NCBI GenBank assembly: GCA_963745075.1
Contig: CAVUWV010000010.1
Coordinates: 440,543 to 504,542, forward strand
Source of the DNA: Candidatus Hydrogenedentota bacterium
GTDB lineage: Bacteria > Hydrogenedentota > Hydrogenedentia > Hydrogenedentales > SLHB01
Direction: 5' to 3'
Length of the DNA: 64,000 nucleotides
The notes beneath the pieces were generated by a model. It saw nothing but the letters and a program-made list of their open reading frames with translations, was not told the origin of the DNA and did not search any database. Below, in pieces: positions 9,478 through 19,350 of the stretch (positions within the stretch are counted from its first letter, which is position 1; each line of letters opens with the position of its first letter). The translations under genes were made by a program, and so were the position numbers.

Positions 9478-10482
9478 ATGACACCGAAAGTGGTTGCCGT
9501 AGCGGGAGCTACCGGCTTGGTCGGGCGACAAATGCTGCACGTGCTCGAAGAGCGCAACTTCCCCGTGAAGTCCATCAAACTGTTGGCTTCCGAACGCTCG
9601 AAGGGCAAGACGCTCACGTTCAAAGGTGAAACGATTCCGGTCGAAGTTCTGTCTGAGGATTCGTTCAAAGGGGTCGACGTGGCCCTGTTCAGCGCGGGCG
9701 GTGGCACCAGCAAGAAGTTTTCGCCCTGCGCCGCGAAGGATGGCTGCGTGGTGGTGGACAACTCGAGCGCCTGGCGCATGGATCCGAACGTGCCATTGGT
9801 CGTGCCGGAAGTGAACCCCGGCGATATCAAAAAGCACCAGGGCATCATCGCCAATCCGAATTGCTCCACGATCCAGATGGTGGTGGTATTAAAGCCGCTG
9901 CATGACGCCGCGAAGATCATGCGGGTCGTCGTGTCGACTTACCAGGCCGTGTCGGGCGCCGGCATCAAGGCGTTGGACGAGCTGAAAGAGCAGACCCGCG
10001 CCATCCTCGACGGCAAAGAGCCGCAGTGCAGCGTGTTCCCCTATCCCATCGCGTTTAACTGTCTGCCCCAAATTCCGCAAAGCGATGCCTTCATCGACAA
10101 CGGCTATTCGACCGAAGAGATGAAGATGGTCAACGAGACCAAGAAGATCATGGGCGACGACAGCATTCGCGTCACCGCGACGACCGTCCGTGTGCCCGTG
10201 TTCAGCGGCCACAGCGAATCGGTCAACGTGGAGACCACCAAAAAGCTGACCGCCAACGAGGCCCGCGAGATTCTGTCCAAAGCGGAAGGCGTCGTGGTCC
10301 AGGACGACCTGTCCAAACAGCTTTACCCCCTCGCGCCGAATTCCGTCGGTAAGAGCGAAACCTTCGTCGGCCGCATCCGCGAGGATCTGTCGCACCCGTC
10401 CGCGCTGGACATGTGGATTGTGTCGGACAACCTTCTGAAAGGCGCAGCGCTCAACGCGGTACAAATCGCCGAGAAGTTGTAA
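9478..10482 (+). CDS. asd: Aspartate-semialdehyde dehydrogenase
   Basis: GATGLVG, DNSSAWRM, IIANPNCST, STYQAVSGAG, RVPVFSGHSE, DNLLKGAALN. Confidence 0.97.
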   Translation: MTPKVVAVAGATGLVGRQMLHVLEERNFPVKSIKLLASERSKGKTLTFKGETIPVEVLSEDSFKGVDVALFSAGGGTSKKFSPCAAKDGCVVVDNSSAWRMDPNVPLVVPEVNPGDIKKHQGIIANPNCSTIQMVVVLKPLHDAAKIMRVVVSTYQAVSGAGIKALDELKEQTRAILDGKEPQCSVFPYPIAFNCLPQIPQSDAFIDNGYSTEEMKMVNETKKIMGDDSIRVTATTVRVPVFSGHSESVNVETTKKLTANEAREILSKAEGVVVQDDLSKQLYPLAPNSVGKSETFVGRIREDLSHPSALDMWIVSDNLLKGAALNAVQIAEKL

Positions 10483-10503
10483 GCGAGTCGAATCGATTCA
10501 AAC

Positions 10504-10549
10504 TGGGGAAACCTTTTCTGAGGAAGGGGTTTTCCCCATTTCTTTTTTT
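10504..10549 (+). terminator. Rho-independent terminator after asd
   Basis: tggggaaaacc...ggtttttcccca hairpin followed by a T tract. Confidence 0.75.
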
Positions 10550-10622
10550 GTGACGCGTTCACGCTGGGCTAGGTTCCTTAGCCCCGTCCGGGGCATATAT
10601 TGCGAGAATGGGACTTGGATTC

Positions 10623-10704
10623 GTGGCTTGGGCGTCTCGCCCAAGGAGTCTGGTGGGATGGCCCGCCAACGCGCAGGGACCTTGGGCAAGGATGCCCAAG
10701 CCAC
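10623..10704. repeat. REP doublet (family B)
   Basis: gtggcttgggcgtctcgcccaagg ... ccttgggcaaggatgcccaagccac; two inverted arms, each internally palindromic. Confidence 0.8.
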
Positions 10705-10737
10705 CGGATAACAGTTCAGCGTTCCGGACATTTCCCC

Positions 10738-10790
10738 ACTTCGATCTTTCGGAGCTGTTTCGGATTTCGTGCTTTGGGTTTCGGATTTGG
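10738..10790. repeat. Degenerate 7-nt-period ggatttc/gtttcg tract
   Basis: tgtttcggatttcgtgctttgggtttcggattt; a related tract lies at ~46177-46221. Confidence 0.6.
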
Positions 10791-10885
10791 CGACCGCTGT
10801 GTCCCGTAGCCTTGGTCTCTTTCCAAACGTTGACCCCGCGTGCGGTCAACCCGCATACTGAACGGCGTTGTCAGGGAGAGGACCG

Positions 10886-12340
10886 ATGCGAAGGTTGGTA
10901 CACGCCATTACCGTCATTATCGTCGTTGCGACGGCGCCGCTGGCTTGGGCCGCGTTTGACGAGGATGCGGAAGCGGACCTGCTGGCGGCGTTTGATGCGT
11001 TGGGGCAGTCGCAGAACGCCCAGGCCGCGAACGCGGTCGCAGGGTATCTCTCCGATTCCCGGTACACGACCGCCGATTGGCAGAAGTTGTTCGCCACGTA
11101 CTTCGACCAGGGTGGCGTGTTTACGCCCAATCACGCCACGTTCTGGAATTGGGCGTTGGGCAATACGTCCGGCGAGGTGCAGTTGCGCGTGGGACTCATT
11201 TCGGGGCTGTGGGCCGCGGAAGCCATCGGCAGCAGCCTCGGGTCGGGATCGGTCGGCGATGCCACCGCAATTCAGACCCTCGCGGCCGGGTTCGACTGGC
11301 TCGAGACGATCTCTGCGGGCGTGGGCGCGAACGGGCGCAGCGCGATTTTCTCGGCGCTCGCCGATGCGGTCGGGAACCAGACCATCGCGGCGCTGGCCGA
11401 GTCGCCGCGGCGATACCCGGCGTACGTGCAATACGGGCTTACCTTGCGCAAATACGCCACCGGGAATCCGGACAGCCGCGAGACCGTGAGCGACATTATG
11501 GGGTTCCGGGATGCGACACGGATGTTCTGGCAATCCCGGGGAATTCTCCTTTTCGACAATGGTTCGTTGGACGGCGCGCAATTGAACAGCCTGGACCTTC
11601 TGCTGACCGTAATCCCGGACAATCTGCACAACATCGGGGCGTTCATCGTGCCCGACGCGACGGGGGTGGCGGCGGGTACACCGTTTACGACGGACATCCA
11701 GATCGTGTTCCTCGATCTGATTCCCACGGGCACGACGACCAGCCCGGAGGAATTCCCCGAGCGGCTGGGACAGCCCGTGGCATCCCTGTTCACGATCACG
11801 ACGGCGGCGAGCATCATTCGCGCGGTGCAGGACGTGCAGTTTGCGAAGCGCCCGGAACTGCGCGCCCGGCGCGACATCATCCTCGCGAACGCGCGGGGCA
11901 AACGGGAACGGTTCCTGCGCCGGTTCCAGATCGTGTCGCCTTCGGCGTACTACAACGACCCCGACTTCCTCTTGCCGTCCGTGGCCTATCCCTATTTCAT
12001 CGATTCCTCGCGGACGTTCGCCATGGGCATGCTCCTGTTCGAACTCGAAAAGCAGGAGGCCATCGATTCGTTCCTCTTGCTCGCAGACATGCTGTCCGGC
12101 GGGTCCAACACGACGGTGCTGTACGCCACGGATCCGTTGGGCCGGATCTCCCACTCGCGGACGGCCATTTCCCGCATTTTTCTCGGCCAAATCCGGCAGG
12201 CCGCACCGGACGACTTCGGCGTGCCCGGCGACTACGTACCCGCGAACATCAGCATCTGCAACGGCATCGCCATCAATGGCTACACCTTTACCTTCGAACC
12301 CGACCCCCAAGGGATCAGCATCCGGGTGAATCGCAGGTAA
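10886..12340 (+). CDS. Secreted hypothetical protein
   Basis: Signal peptide MRRLVHAITVIIVVATAPLAWA; RBS GAGG; no family recognised. Confidence 0.75.
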   Translation: MRRLVHAITVIIVVATAPLAWAAFDEDAEADLLAAFDALGQSQNAQAANAVAGYLSDSRYTTADWQKLFATYFDQGGVFTPNHATFWNWALGNTSGEVQLRVGLISGLWAAEAIGSSLGSGSVGDATAIQTLAAGFDWLETISAGVGANGRSAIFSALADAVGNQTIAALAESPRRYPAYVQYGLTLRKYATGNPDSRETVSDIMGFRDATRMFWQSRGILLFDNGSLDGAQLNSLDLLLTVIPDNLHNIGAFIVPDATGVAAGTPFTTDIQIVFLDLIPTGTTTSPEEFPERLGQPVASLFTITTAASIIRAVQDVQFAKRPELRARRDIILANARGKRERFLRRFQIVSPSAYYNDPDFLLPSVAYPYFIDSSRTFAMGMLLFELEKQEAIDSFLLLADMLSGGSNTTVLYATDPLGRISHSRTAISRIFLGQIRQAAPDDFGVPGDYVPANISICNGIAINGYTFTFEPDPQGISIRVNRR

Positions 12341-12353
12341 GACGGGGTTTATC

Positions 12354-12782
12354 TTGCGCAAACGTTACATCTTCGCGACCGTGTGCTACTGTGCCTTTAT
12401 CTGGTTTCTATCCTCTCAGTCCGACGCCGGGGGCCTTGAATTGCCGTTCACGTTCGACGGCATCGACAAAGTCGGACACATGATTCTTTACGGCGGGCTG
12501 GCGGCGGTCGTCTCCTTCGGGATTCGGCGGTCGGATCGGACGGCGACACCGTGGGTCCAGTGCTTTGTGCCGGTCCTGTTCGCTACGCTGTACGGCGTGA
12601 CGGACGAGATCCACCAGTTATTCGTGCCCATGCGACACTTCGATATTGTCGACATTATGGCCGACCTCGCCGGGTCGGCGGCAGTACAGTGCGGTCTCTG
12701 CTACCGCTGGTGGCAGGACGCGGGGGCCGCGGAAATGCAGGACGAACGAGTGCACGATCCGCAACGCAACGAACAACCATGA
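12354..12782 (+). CDS. VanZ-family membrane protein
   Basis: DKVGH...YG, YGVTDEIHQLFVP.R, DIMADLAG. Confidence 0.9.
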   Translation: MRKRYIFATVCYCAFIWFLSSQSDAGGLELPFTFDGIDKVGHMILYGGLAAVVSFGIRRSDRTATPWVQCFVPVLFATLYGVTDEIHQLFVPMRHFDIVDIMADLAGSAAVQCGLCYRWWQDAGAAEMQDERVHDPQRNEQP

Positions 12783-12796
12783 AGGAGACGAGGGAC

Positions 12797-13933
12797 ATGA
12801 AGAGAGGTTTTGTAGTGGTGCTGGCGCTTCTGTTGAGCGCCCCTTTCCTGTACGCACAGTCGGCGCAGATGGACAGCCTGTACCAGCTCACCGACGCCCA
12901 ATCACGATCCATCAGCCCCGAGAATTTCACGGGTGAGAAGGGGAAAGGCGGGATGGCCACGCTCGAGGAAGGCAGCGCCGCCAGAGCCGCCCGGGAACTG
13001 GGCCAGGGATGGAAGGTGAATCCGTACATCAACATCAAGCCCGGCGAAACCTTTACCCTGGGCGAAATGGACGGACCCGGCATCATCCACCACATCTGGA
13101 TGACGCCAGTCGGCGATTACCGGCTGATGATCCTGCGCTTCTACTGGGACGGCGAGGACAACCCGTCCGTCGAAGTGCCGGTCGGCGATTTCTTTGCCGC
13201 CGGTTGGGGGATGCACCACGAGCCGCGGATTACGTCCCTGGCGGTGTGCGTCAACCCGCGAAGCGGATTCAATTCCTACTGGCAGATGCCCTTCCGGAAG
13301 AAGTGCAAGGTGACCATGGAAAACATGGGCGAGAAAGCGGCGAGCGTGTACTACCAGATTGACTATTCCTTGCAGAAGGTGGAGAAGAATGCGCCGTATT
13401 TCCATGCCCAATTCCGCCGGGTGAACCCGTTGCCGTTCAAAGACGACTACACCATCGTCGACGGCATCAAGGGGAAGGGCCAGTACGTGGGCACCTATCT
13501 CGCCCACGGCGCCAACAGCGAAGGCTGGTGGGGCGAAGGCGAGGCGAAGTTCTATATTGACGGCGACAAGAAATTCCCCACCATCTGCGGAACCGGCGAA
13601 GAGGACTATTTCAACGGTTCCTATGGTTATGATGATCGCGAAGTAGACGGCAAGACCGTCTATACGAGTTTCACCAGTCCGTACACGGGCTTCTATCATG
13701 TGCCCTACGAGGGGGAGCAACGCCGTTTTGGCGAGTACCGCTGGCACATCCTGGATCCGGTACATTTCGATAAGGACTTGCGCGTGACCATTCAATGTTT
13801 GGGCTGGCAGAGCGAGGGTCGGTACCTGCCGTTGCAGGATGACTTAGCCTCGGTGGCGTACTGGTATCAACTCGAACCCCATAACCCGTTCCCGGCCCTG
13901 CCCGCGAAGGAAAACCTCGTGATCAAGTGGTGA
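12797..13933 (+). CDS. DUF2961 / GH172-like glycoside hydrolase, secreted
   Basis: Signal peptide; SISPENFTGEKG, GPGIIHHIWMT, YWQMPF, WWGEGE, GTGEEDYF. Confidence 0.9.
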   Translation: MKRGFVVVLALLLSAPFLYAQSAQMDSLYQLTDAQSRSISPENFTGEKGKGGMATLEEGSAARAARELGQGWKVNPYINIKPGETFTLGEMDGPGIIHHIWMTPVGDYRLMILRFYWDGEDNPSVEVPVGDFFAAGWGMHHEPRITSLAVCVNPRSGFNSYWQMPFRKKCKVTMENMGEKAASVYYQIDYSLQKVEKNAPYFHAQFRRVNPLPFKDDYTIVDGIKGKGQYVGTYLAHGANSEGWWGEGEAKFYIDGDKKFPTICGTGEEDYFNGSYGYDDREVDGKTVYTSFTSPYTGFYHVPYEGEQRRFGEYRWHILDPVHFDKDLRVTIQCLGWQSEGRYLPLQDDLASVAYWYQLEPHNPFPALPAKENLVIKW

Positions 13934-13965
13934 CCCCGGGCCGGCAACCTCGTACGCGCTAAAAC

Positions 13966-14004
13966 CCATGGGACCTATAGGTCGTATAGGACGTATAGGT
14001 CCCA
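13966..14004. repeat. Degenerate 9-nt tandem repeat tract
   Basis: catgggacc tataggtcg tataggacg tataggtcc cat. Confidence 0.75.
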
Positions 14005-14095
14005 TTTTTGAATTCAGGGAACCCGGATCGTCTTCCGGGGATAAGAAGTAGAGCACCTTTGTCCACGTGACCGCAGCATGGTACGATCTTCGATT

Positions 14096-16378
14096 ATGAG
14101 TGAATCCCAGACATCCGACCCCACCCCGATCCGCCGCATGCAGAGTCGCGGGTGCGGGTTTGTTTTCTTTCTCATCATGATGGTGATGGCCGCGGGATGG
14201 GGGGCCGCGCTCGGCGTGTTCGTACGGTATCTCGGCGATGCGGAGACGCAGGTTGTCGCGCTCGACACGTACCGCCCGAAGGTGGGGAGCAAGATCTACT
14301 CCGACGAAGACGGGTACCGCGGTGAGTTGCTGGGCGAGTACAACATCGAGTACCGGCAACTCGTCAACCTGAGCGAAGTCCCGTTGCACTTGCAGAAAGC
14401 CTTCATCGCAACGGAAGACGACAAGTTCTACCACCACAAAGGCGTTCGGCCCGACGCCATCCTCAATGCCGCGCTGTTTATTTTGCGCACCGGGAGAATC
14501 CGCGGGGGCAGCACGATCACGCAACAGCTCGTACGCGACGTGGAGTCGGTCACCGGCGTATCCCGCGAACAAACATTAGCGCGTAAGGCACGCGAAGCCA
14601 TCGTCGCCCTCCAGGTGGAACGGGAATTCACGAAGGACGAGATCCTCGAACTGTTCCTGAACAAGAGCTTTCTCGGGGGCAGCGCCTACGGAGTGGAGGC
14701 CGCTTCGCAGCAATATTTCGGCACGTCATGCCGTAACCTGACCCTCGGCGAATCCGCCGTGCTGGCGGGGATCCTCCGCTCGCCGAATAACCTCCGGCCG
14801 GATCGGTATCCCGACGACGCCACGAAAAAGCGCAATACGGTCCTCGACCAAATGCTCGAGAACGAGTTCATCACTAAGGAAGAATACGACGCTGCGATTG
14901 CCGAGAACGTAGCCGAGGAAGTCATGACCAACGAGGAACGTGAAGCCCGGGCCGAGCGGGGAGAAAGTACGATCGTCCCCAACCACTTCCTCGCGCCGTA
15001 CTTCGTGGAAGAGATGCGGCAGCGGGCCATGCGCGCGGATTTATTCTCCAAGGAAAGGCTGCTCGAACAAGGGCTCGAAATCACCACCACGCTCGACATG
15101 CGCTTGCAGCGCGCCGCGGAAGACGCCCTCTTCAAGCAGTTGGACGAGTTCGACGAGAAGCGGCGCAAATCCCTCGAATCGGCGGGGCGCCTGGACGAGT
15201 TCGAACCGGTATCCGGCGCCCTCGTGTGTGTCGACAATCGGCCGGGCAAGGAAGGTTTCGTACGCGCGCTCGTCGGTGGCCGCGACTGGAGCAAGGAAAA
15301 ATACAACACGGCCACCCAGGCGCGCCGTCAGCCGGGTTCCAGTGTGAAGCCCTTCGTTTGGGCGGCTGCGTTGGACGAAGGACGAAAAACGAACCTCACC
15401 GCTGCGAGCATTCTGCAGGACAAAGAGTTCGTTCGATACGACGCCCTGGGCCGAACCTGGAATCCCCAGAATTTCGGCGGGGACCATGCAGGACCGGTGA
15501 CGCTTCGCTACGCATTGGAGCATTCCATCAATACGATCAGCGTGCAATTGGTCGAGCGCTTGGGATTGCCGCTGGTGCGGACGTACATAGAAAAGGCGGG
15601 CTTCGAGATTCCCATTGACGAGTCGATCGGGCTCACGATCGGGCTCGGTACGCACCAAGTGACGCCCCTGGAACAGTGCCTCGCGTATTCCATCTTCCCG
15701 AACAACGGAATGTACCACCCCGCCGTGTTCGTGGAGGGAATCAAGGACCAGGACGGCATCCCCATTTACGCCATCACCCCGGACAAGGTCCGCGACATGG
15801 AAAAACCGGCCTTCAAACCCGACCTTGCCTGCGTCATGACGCACCTCCTGCAAGGCGTGGCCACGTGGGGGACGGGCGCGCGTTCCGCCGATCTCAACCG
15901 CCCGCGCGCCGGCAAGACGGGCACGACCAACGATGCCCGCGACGTGTGGTTCTGCGGATTTACACCGTATTACACCTGCGTCGTCTGGATCGGTTATCGC
16001 GACAACCGTTCGCTGGGTCGCGGCGCCAATTACACCGGCGGCCGCCTCGCGTGTCCGGTCTGGACCGAGTTCATGATCAAGGCCCATGAGGGGCTTCCGG
16101 TCAAGGACTTCGAGATTCCGAAGGGACCGGATGGGAAACCCGTTGTGGACGTCATTCCGGTCGAGCGACAGACGCGCACGGGTTGGAAAGGTGGTTTTGA
16201 CGAGTATTTCCTGAAAGGCACGCACCCGCCCGCGAGCCGGGAAGAAGAAGAGCGGGCCCGCGAACTCGAGGAACAGATGGAGCAGCGGCTGCGCCAAACC
16301 TACAGCGAGCCGATGGCGCCGCCATCGACCAACGGGGTGCCCAGCGGTTCGCCGCCTCCGTTGGTGCCGCAGACCTAA
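14096..16378 (+). CDS. Class A penicillin-binding protein (PBP1A family)
   Basis: TM anchor; transglycosylase motifs EDDKFYHH, GGSTITQQL, RKARE; transpeptidase motifs SSVK, SIN, KTGT. Confidence 0.95.
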   Translation: MSESQTSDPTPIRRMQSRGCGFVFFLIMMVMAAGWGAALGVFVRYLGDAETQVVALDTYRPKVGSKIYSDEDGYRGELLGEYNIEYRQLVNLSEVPLHLQKAFIATEDDKFYHHKGVRPDAILNAALFILRTGRIRGGSTITQQLVRDVESVTGVSREQTLARKAREAIVALQVEREFTKDEILELFLNKSFLGGSAYGVEAASQQYFGTSCRNLTLGESAVLAGILRSPNNLRPDRYPDDATKKRNTVLDQMLENEFITKEEYDAAIAENVAEEVMTNEEREARAERGESTIVPNHFLAPYFVEEMRQRAMRADLFSKERLLEQGLEITTTLDMRLQRAAEDALFKQLDEFDEKRRKSLESAGRLDEFEPVSGALVCVDNRPGKEGFVRALVGGRDWSKEKYNTATQARRQPGSSVKPFVWAAALDEGRKTNLTAASILQDKEFVRYDALGRTWNPQNFGGDHAGPVTLRYALEHSINTISVQLVERLGLPLVRTYIEKAGFEIPIDESIGLTIGLGTHQVTPLEQCLAYSIFPNNGMYHPAVFVEGIKDQDGIPIYAITPDKVRDMEKPAFKPDLACVMTHLLQGVATWGTGARSADLNRPRAGKTGTTNDARDVWFCGFTPYYTCVVWIGYRDNRSLGRGANYTGGRLACPVWTEFMIKAHEGLPVKDFEIPKGPDGKPVVDVIPVERQTRTGWKGGFDEYFLKGTHPPASREEEERARELEEQMEQRLRQTYSEPMAPPSTNGVPSGSPPPLVPQT

Positions 16379-16391
16379 GAAAGCGCGGTGT

Positions 16392-16973
16392 CTACTGCCG
16401 GATACCCTCGACGCTTACCGTGAGTTCGACTTCCGCGCCAACGGGGCCCACCATCGTGTCCATGCCGAAGTCGGTTCGATCGATGGTGAATGTCGTTTCC
16501 AGTCCGGCACGCGTCTCGCCCTTCATGCCTTTCGCGATGCCGACGAACTCGGCCGTCGTGGTAATCGATTTGGTCACGCCATGAATCGTGAGATCGCCGG
16601 TGACCTCGAAATGAGTGTCGTCGATCTTTTTGAATGACGTGCTCTCGAAAGACATGGTGGGGAACGCTTCGACGTTGAAGAATTCCGGGCTGCGCAGGTG
16701 TTTGTCGCGGGCTTCCACGGCCGTGTCGATGCTCGCGGTTTTCACCTCGACGGCGATCTGGTTGTTCGCCGGATTCTCCGCGTCCAACGTGAATGTCCCC
16801 GACGATTCGTTGAATCGCCCGTACGTGTAGCTCACGCCCATATGTTTGATCTTGAACAGGAAGGTGCAGTGGACCGGGTCCAGGTCGTACGTGTCGGCGG
16901 CAAACGCCGGGACGGCGGCGAGCAGTGCGGCTGTTGCTGCCAATGCGGTAAGGTATCGCGTGGCGGATCGCAT
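16392..16973 (-). CDS. YceI-family periplasmic protein
   Basis: Signal peptide; YDLDPVH, GRF, SIDT...RDKHLRS..FF, GDLTIHGVTK, IDRTDFG. Confidence 0.92.
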   Translation of the reverse strand: MRSATRYLTALAATAALLAAVPAFAADTYDLDPVHCTFLFKIKHMGVSYTYGRFNESSGTFTLDAENPANNQIAVEVKTASIDTAVEARDKHLRSPEFFNVEAFPTMSFESTSFKKIDDTHFEVTGDLTIHGVTKSITTTAEFVGIAKGMKGETRAGLETTFTIDRTDFGMDTMVGPVGAEVELTVSVEGIRQ

Positions 16974-17049
16974 AAAGGAAATCTCCTTCCAGGTTGGCGG
17001 GTTCGGCAAAGGCCGTGTACTCTTGCGGAGTACACTGTCGTACGGGGTT

Positions 17050-17523
17050 TTATTCCATGGAAGGAGGATTCGTCGCGCCGTTTGCGTTGGCGGGTTTGAC
17101 GATCTCGAACGTGGCCGGTACTTCTGCCACGGCGATGGTAAAGGGCCGGGGATCGTGGACCGGAGATTCGACCCCGGCAAGAACGCCGTTGCCAAACGAT
17201 TCCAACATCGCGATCTTCAGCCGGCTTCGGGATGCGTAGACCACGCGTTCTTCGGTGTCGATGAGGAGAATGCGTGCGCGTGGGCGGAACTTGTACTTCC
17301 ATTGCGGTACGGCAAGGTACCGCGAATCGTCCGACCAGAGAAAGTCCGGACCGCAATCCGGGACATCGAAGAGGCCATCGATGCGCAAGGTCCCTTTCGT
17401 CGGACCGGACATGAAGATCTCGACCGCGCCCTCCAGAGTCGCGCGCCAACGTCCGTCTGGCGACGTGGCCGCGTGCGATCGCCGCCACGGCGGCAGGTTG
17501 TAGGGATAGGGTTCTTCGGTCAT
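17050..17523 (-). CDS. Hypothetical protein
   Basis: Protein-like ORF with propeller-type segments (SPDGRW, WSDDSRYLAV), co-oriented with its neighbours. Confidence 0.6.
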   Translation of the reverse strand: MTEEPYPYNLPPWRRSHAATSPDGRWRATLEGAVEIFMSGPTKGTLRIDGLFDVPDCGPDFLWSDDSRYLAVPQWKYKFRPRARILLIDTEERVVYASRSRLKIAMLESFGNGVLAGVESPVHDPRPFTIAVAEVPATFEIVKPANANGATNPPSME

Positions 17524-17565
17524 GTTGACGTTCAATCCCGTATCGTCGATTCAGTAGCCAGCGTA

Positions 17566-18546
17566 CTACACTGAACGGGACAGCGCGTAGTGCCGAATCC
17601 AATTAAACGGATACTCCGTCCCCATGTCCAGCCCGGCGAGCGTTTCAAGGTAGTCGCGTGTGAAGGCGCGGCATTTTAGGTCCATGTCGGTGTGATTCGA
17701 ATTCGATCGATTGACGCGGTCGACGTCCAGCCAGAGCCGCTCGACCGAAGCCAGGAAGCGTGACCAGTCTTTCCAAAGCGCCACACGTTGGTCGCCAAGC
17801 GCGTGAACGAAATCGGTTGAGTCGAGTCTGTACGTCCGTTCGCGGCCGGTACGTGACGACACGAGAAGGCCGGAGCGCTCCATGTCCGACAAGGCATCGT
17901 AAACGGTCTTCTGAAAGTACCCCGTGCTGCGGGCGATTCCATACGAATGACCAGGTCCCTTGCACAACAGGTACGCCAGAATCTCGCAACGCGCACTCAC
18001 GCCAAATAGCGCGCGCAGCCGCAGCAACAGCGCCGATGGCTTTTCGTGTGAAAATGGCCTCGCGAGCCCACGGAGTTGAACCGGGTTCCGAATTAAACCG
18101 TGCGCAAGAAAGTCCGGGTCGCGCTCGCCCGGTACCGGCAGCGGTGTGCCGTTCGCGAAACGAAACATCGGTTCAGGTGTGCCGTAGGTTGCCGCCGTTT
18201 CGCGAACCATCCGCCACTTGGACGACGTAGTGTGGCGTTGCATCGTGGCAACTACGGCGTTTGCAATCGCTTGGCTTGTGAAACCGCCGCGTTTGAACAT
18301 CCCACGAAAGCGTTGGAGGTTGATGAAGCGCCCGTTCTCTACGAGCCAATCCAGGACCGCGTCGAAAAGCCGCGCGTCGTAACGGCCGACGGTACAGGTG
18401 AACGCCAACAAGGCTTCGGGATCGATTAACCAATCACCGCGTTCACGGGCGTACCCGGGAACGCCCAGCGCAGACCATTCCTGCCAGAGGAATTCCAACG
18501 CCTGGTCCAACAGCCGACCTCTAAAGTCGCTCCACGACATTTCCAT
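17566..18546 (-). CDS. Hypothetical protein with internal winged helix-turn-helix; putative partner of the upstream nucleotidyltransferase
   Basis: RCEILAYLL...YGIARSTGYFQKTVYDALSDMERSGLL...GRERTYRL; overlaps the end of the upstream gene. Confidence 0.75.
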   Translation of the reverse strand: MEMSWSDFRGRLLDQALEFLWQEWSALGVPGYARERGDWLIDPEALLAFTCTVGRYDARLFDAVLDWLVENGRFINLQRFRGMFKRGGFTSQAIANAVVATMQRHTTSSKWRMVRETAATYGTPEPMFRFANGTPLPVPGERDPDFLAHGLIRNPVQLRGLARPFSHEKPSALLLRLRALFGVSARCEILAYLLCKGPGHSYGIARSTGYFQKTVYDALSDMERSGLLVSSRTGRERTYRLDSTDFVHALGDQRVALWKDWSRFLASVERLWLDVDRVNRSNSNHTDMDLKCRAFTRDYLETLAGLDMGTEYPFNWIRHYALSRSV

Positions 18547-19120
18547 AACCAAGTTCCGTCAGTAGACGACCGAGCACTTCTCGAAAACCTTCTGAGACAT
18601 CATGCGTCATCGTCCAACGCGCAGCCTGTTCTACTTCCTCTTCCGAAGGCTTCAATGCCATCAGATCCGCAATGTGATAACCTCCTCGATCCGTTGACGC
18701 GTACAGCTTGAGATAGACTTGGTCGATCCGGTCGATAAACCAGACCGACAACTTGTCCCCGTATTCGCGGCCGTGAAGGCGATTGCGAAGTCCGGGCGGT
18801 AGTCCCATTCGGAACAGCCCGCCCTCGCCGCGGCTGGGACGGTTGTTCAGCCATTCAGGGGGAAGACCGAGCAGCGTCTCGACCTCGGCGGCGGCATCCA
18901 GGAGATATGTTGGCAACGGGTCCGGGTCCGCCAATTCCCCGTCCGATTCCGTAAGTGCAAGGATGTCCACGTCGCGGGTCGTGCGAGAAACAAGTCCCAT
19001 GGCAAGCAACGAGGCGCCGCCACACACAACGAGACCCACATGGGGTACCCCCATCGCGTGTAAACGCTTTCCCAGTAGGGAGAAAGCTTCGTCCAATCCA
19101 GACTGGTTTAAGTTCGTCAT
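18521..19120 (-). CDS. DUF6036/AbiEii-like nucleotidyltransferase
   Basis: VVCGGASL...RTTRDVDI (pol-beta NTase signature), EWLN, KLYA..DR....DL. Confidence 0.8.
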   Translation of the reverse strand: MTNLNQSGLDEAFSLLGKRLHAMGVPHVGLVVCGGASLLAMGLVSRTTRDVDILALTESDGELADPDPLPTYLLDAAAEVETLLGLPPEWLNNRPSRGEGGLFRMGLPPGLRNRLHGREYGDKLSVWFIDRIDQVYLKLYASTDRGGYHIADLMALKPSEEEVEQAARWTMTHDVSEGFREVLGRLLTELGYGNVVERL

Positions 19121-19131
19121 TGAATATTTAT

Positions 19132-19161
19132 CCACTTATTCCAAGTGGTTTAAGTATATCA
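19132..19161 (-). promoter_or_regulatory. Extended -10 promoter with adjacent inverted-repeat operator
   Basis: Minus strand TG-A-TATACT at 19161-19153; inverted repeat CCACTT-N5-AAGTGG at 19132-19148 covers the expected start site. Confidence 0.55.
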
Positions 19162-19350
19162 CGGTCTTATCCCATTGTGATCGATTGACGCAAAAACTAA
19201 AGCAAAGTCACCTTAAAGGCTGGACGCATCCTAATGCGCGGTCTGACTCTGCGAAAGGAGCGCCTCGTGCGTGTCCACCTGGCACAGGCCTATTCGTCGT
19301 AGAATAGAAGGAACGCGCTGGCGTTCCCCCAACCCCAAAGGAGCACGAAG

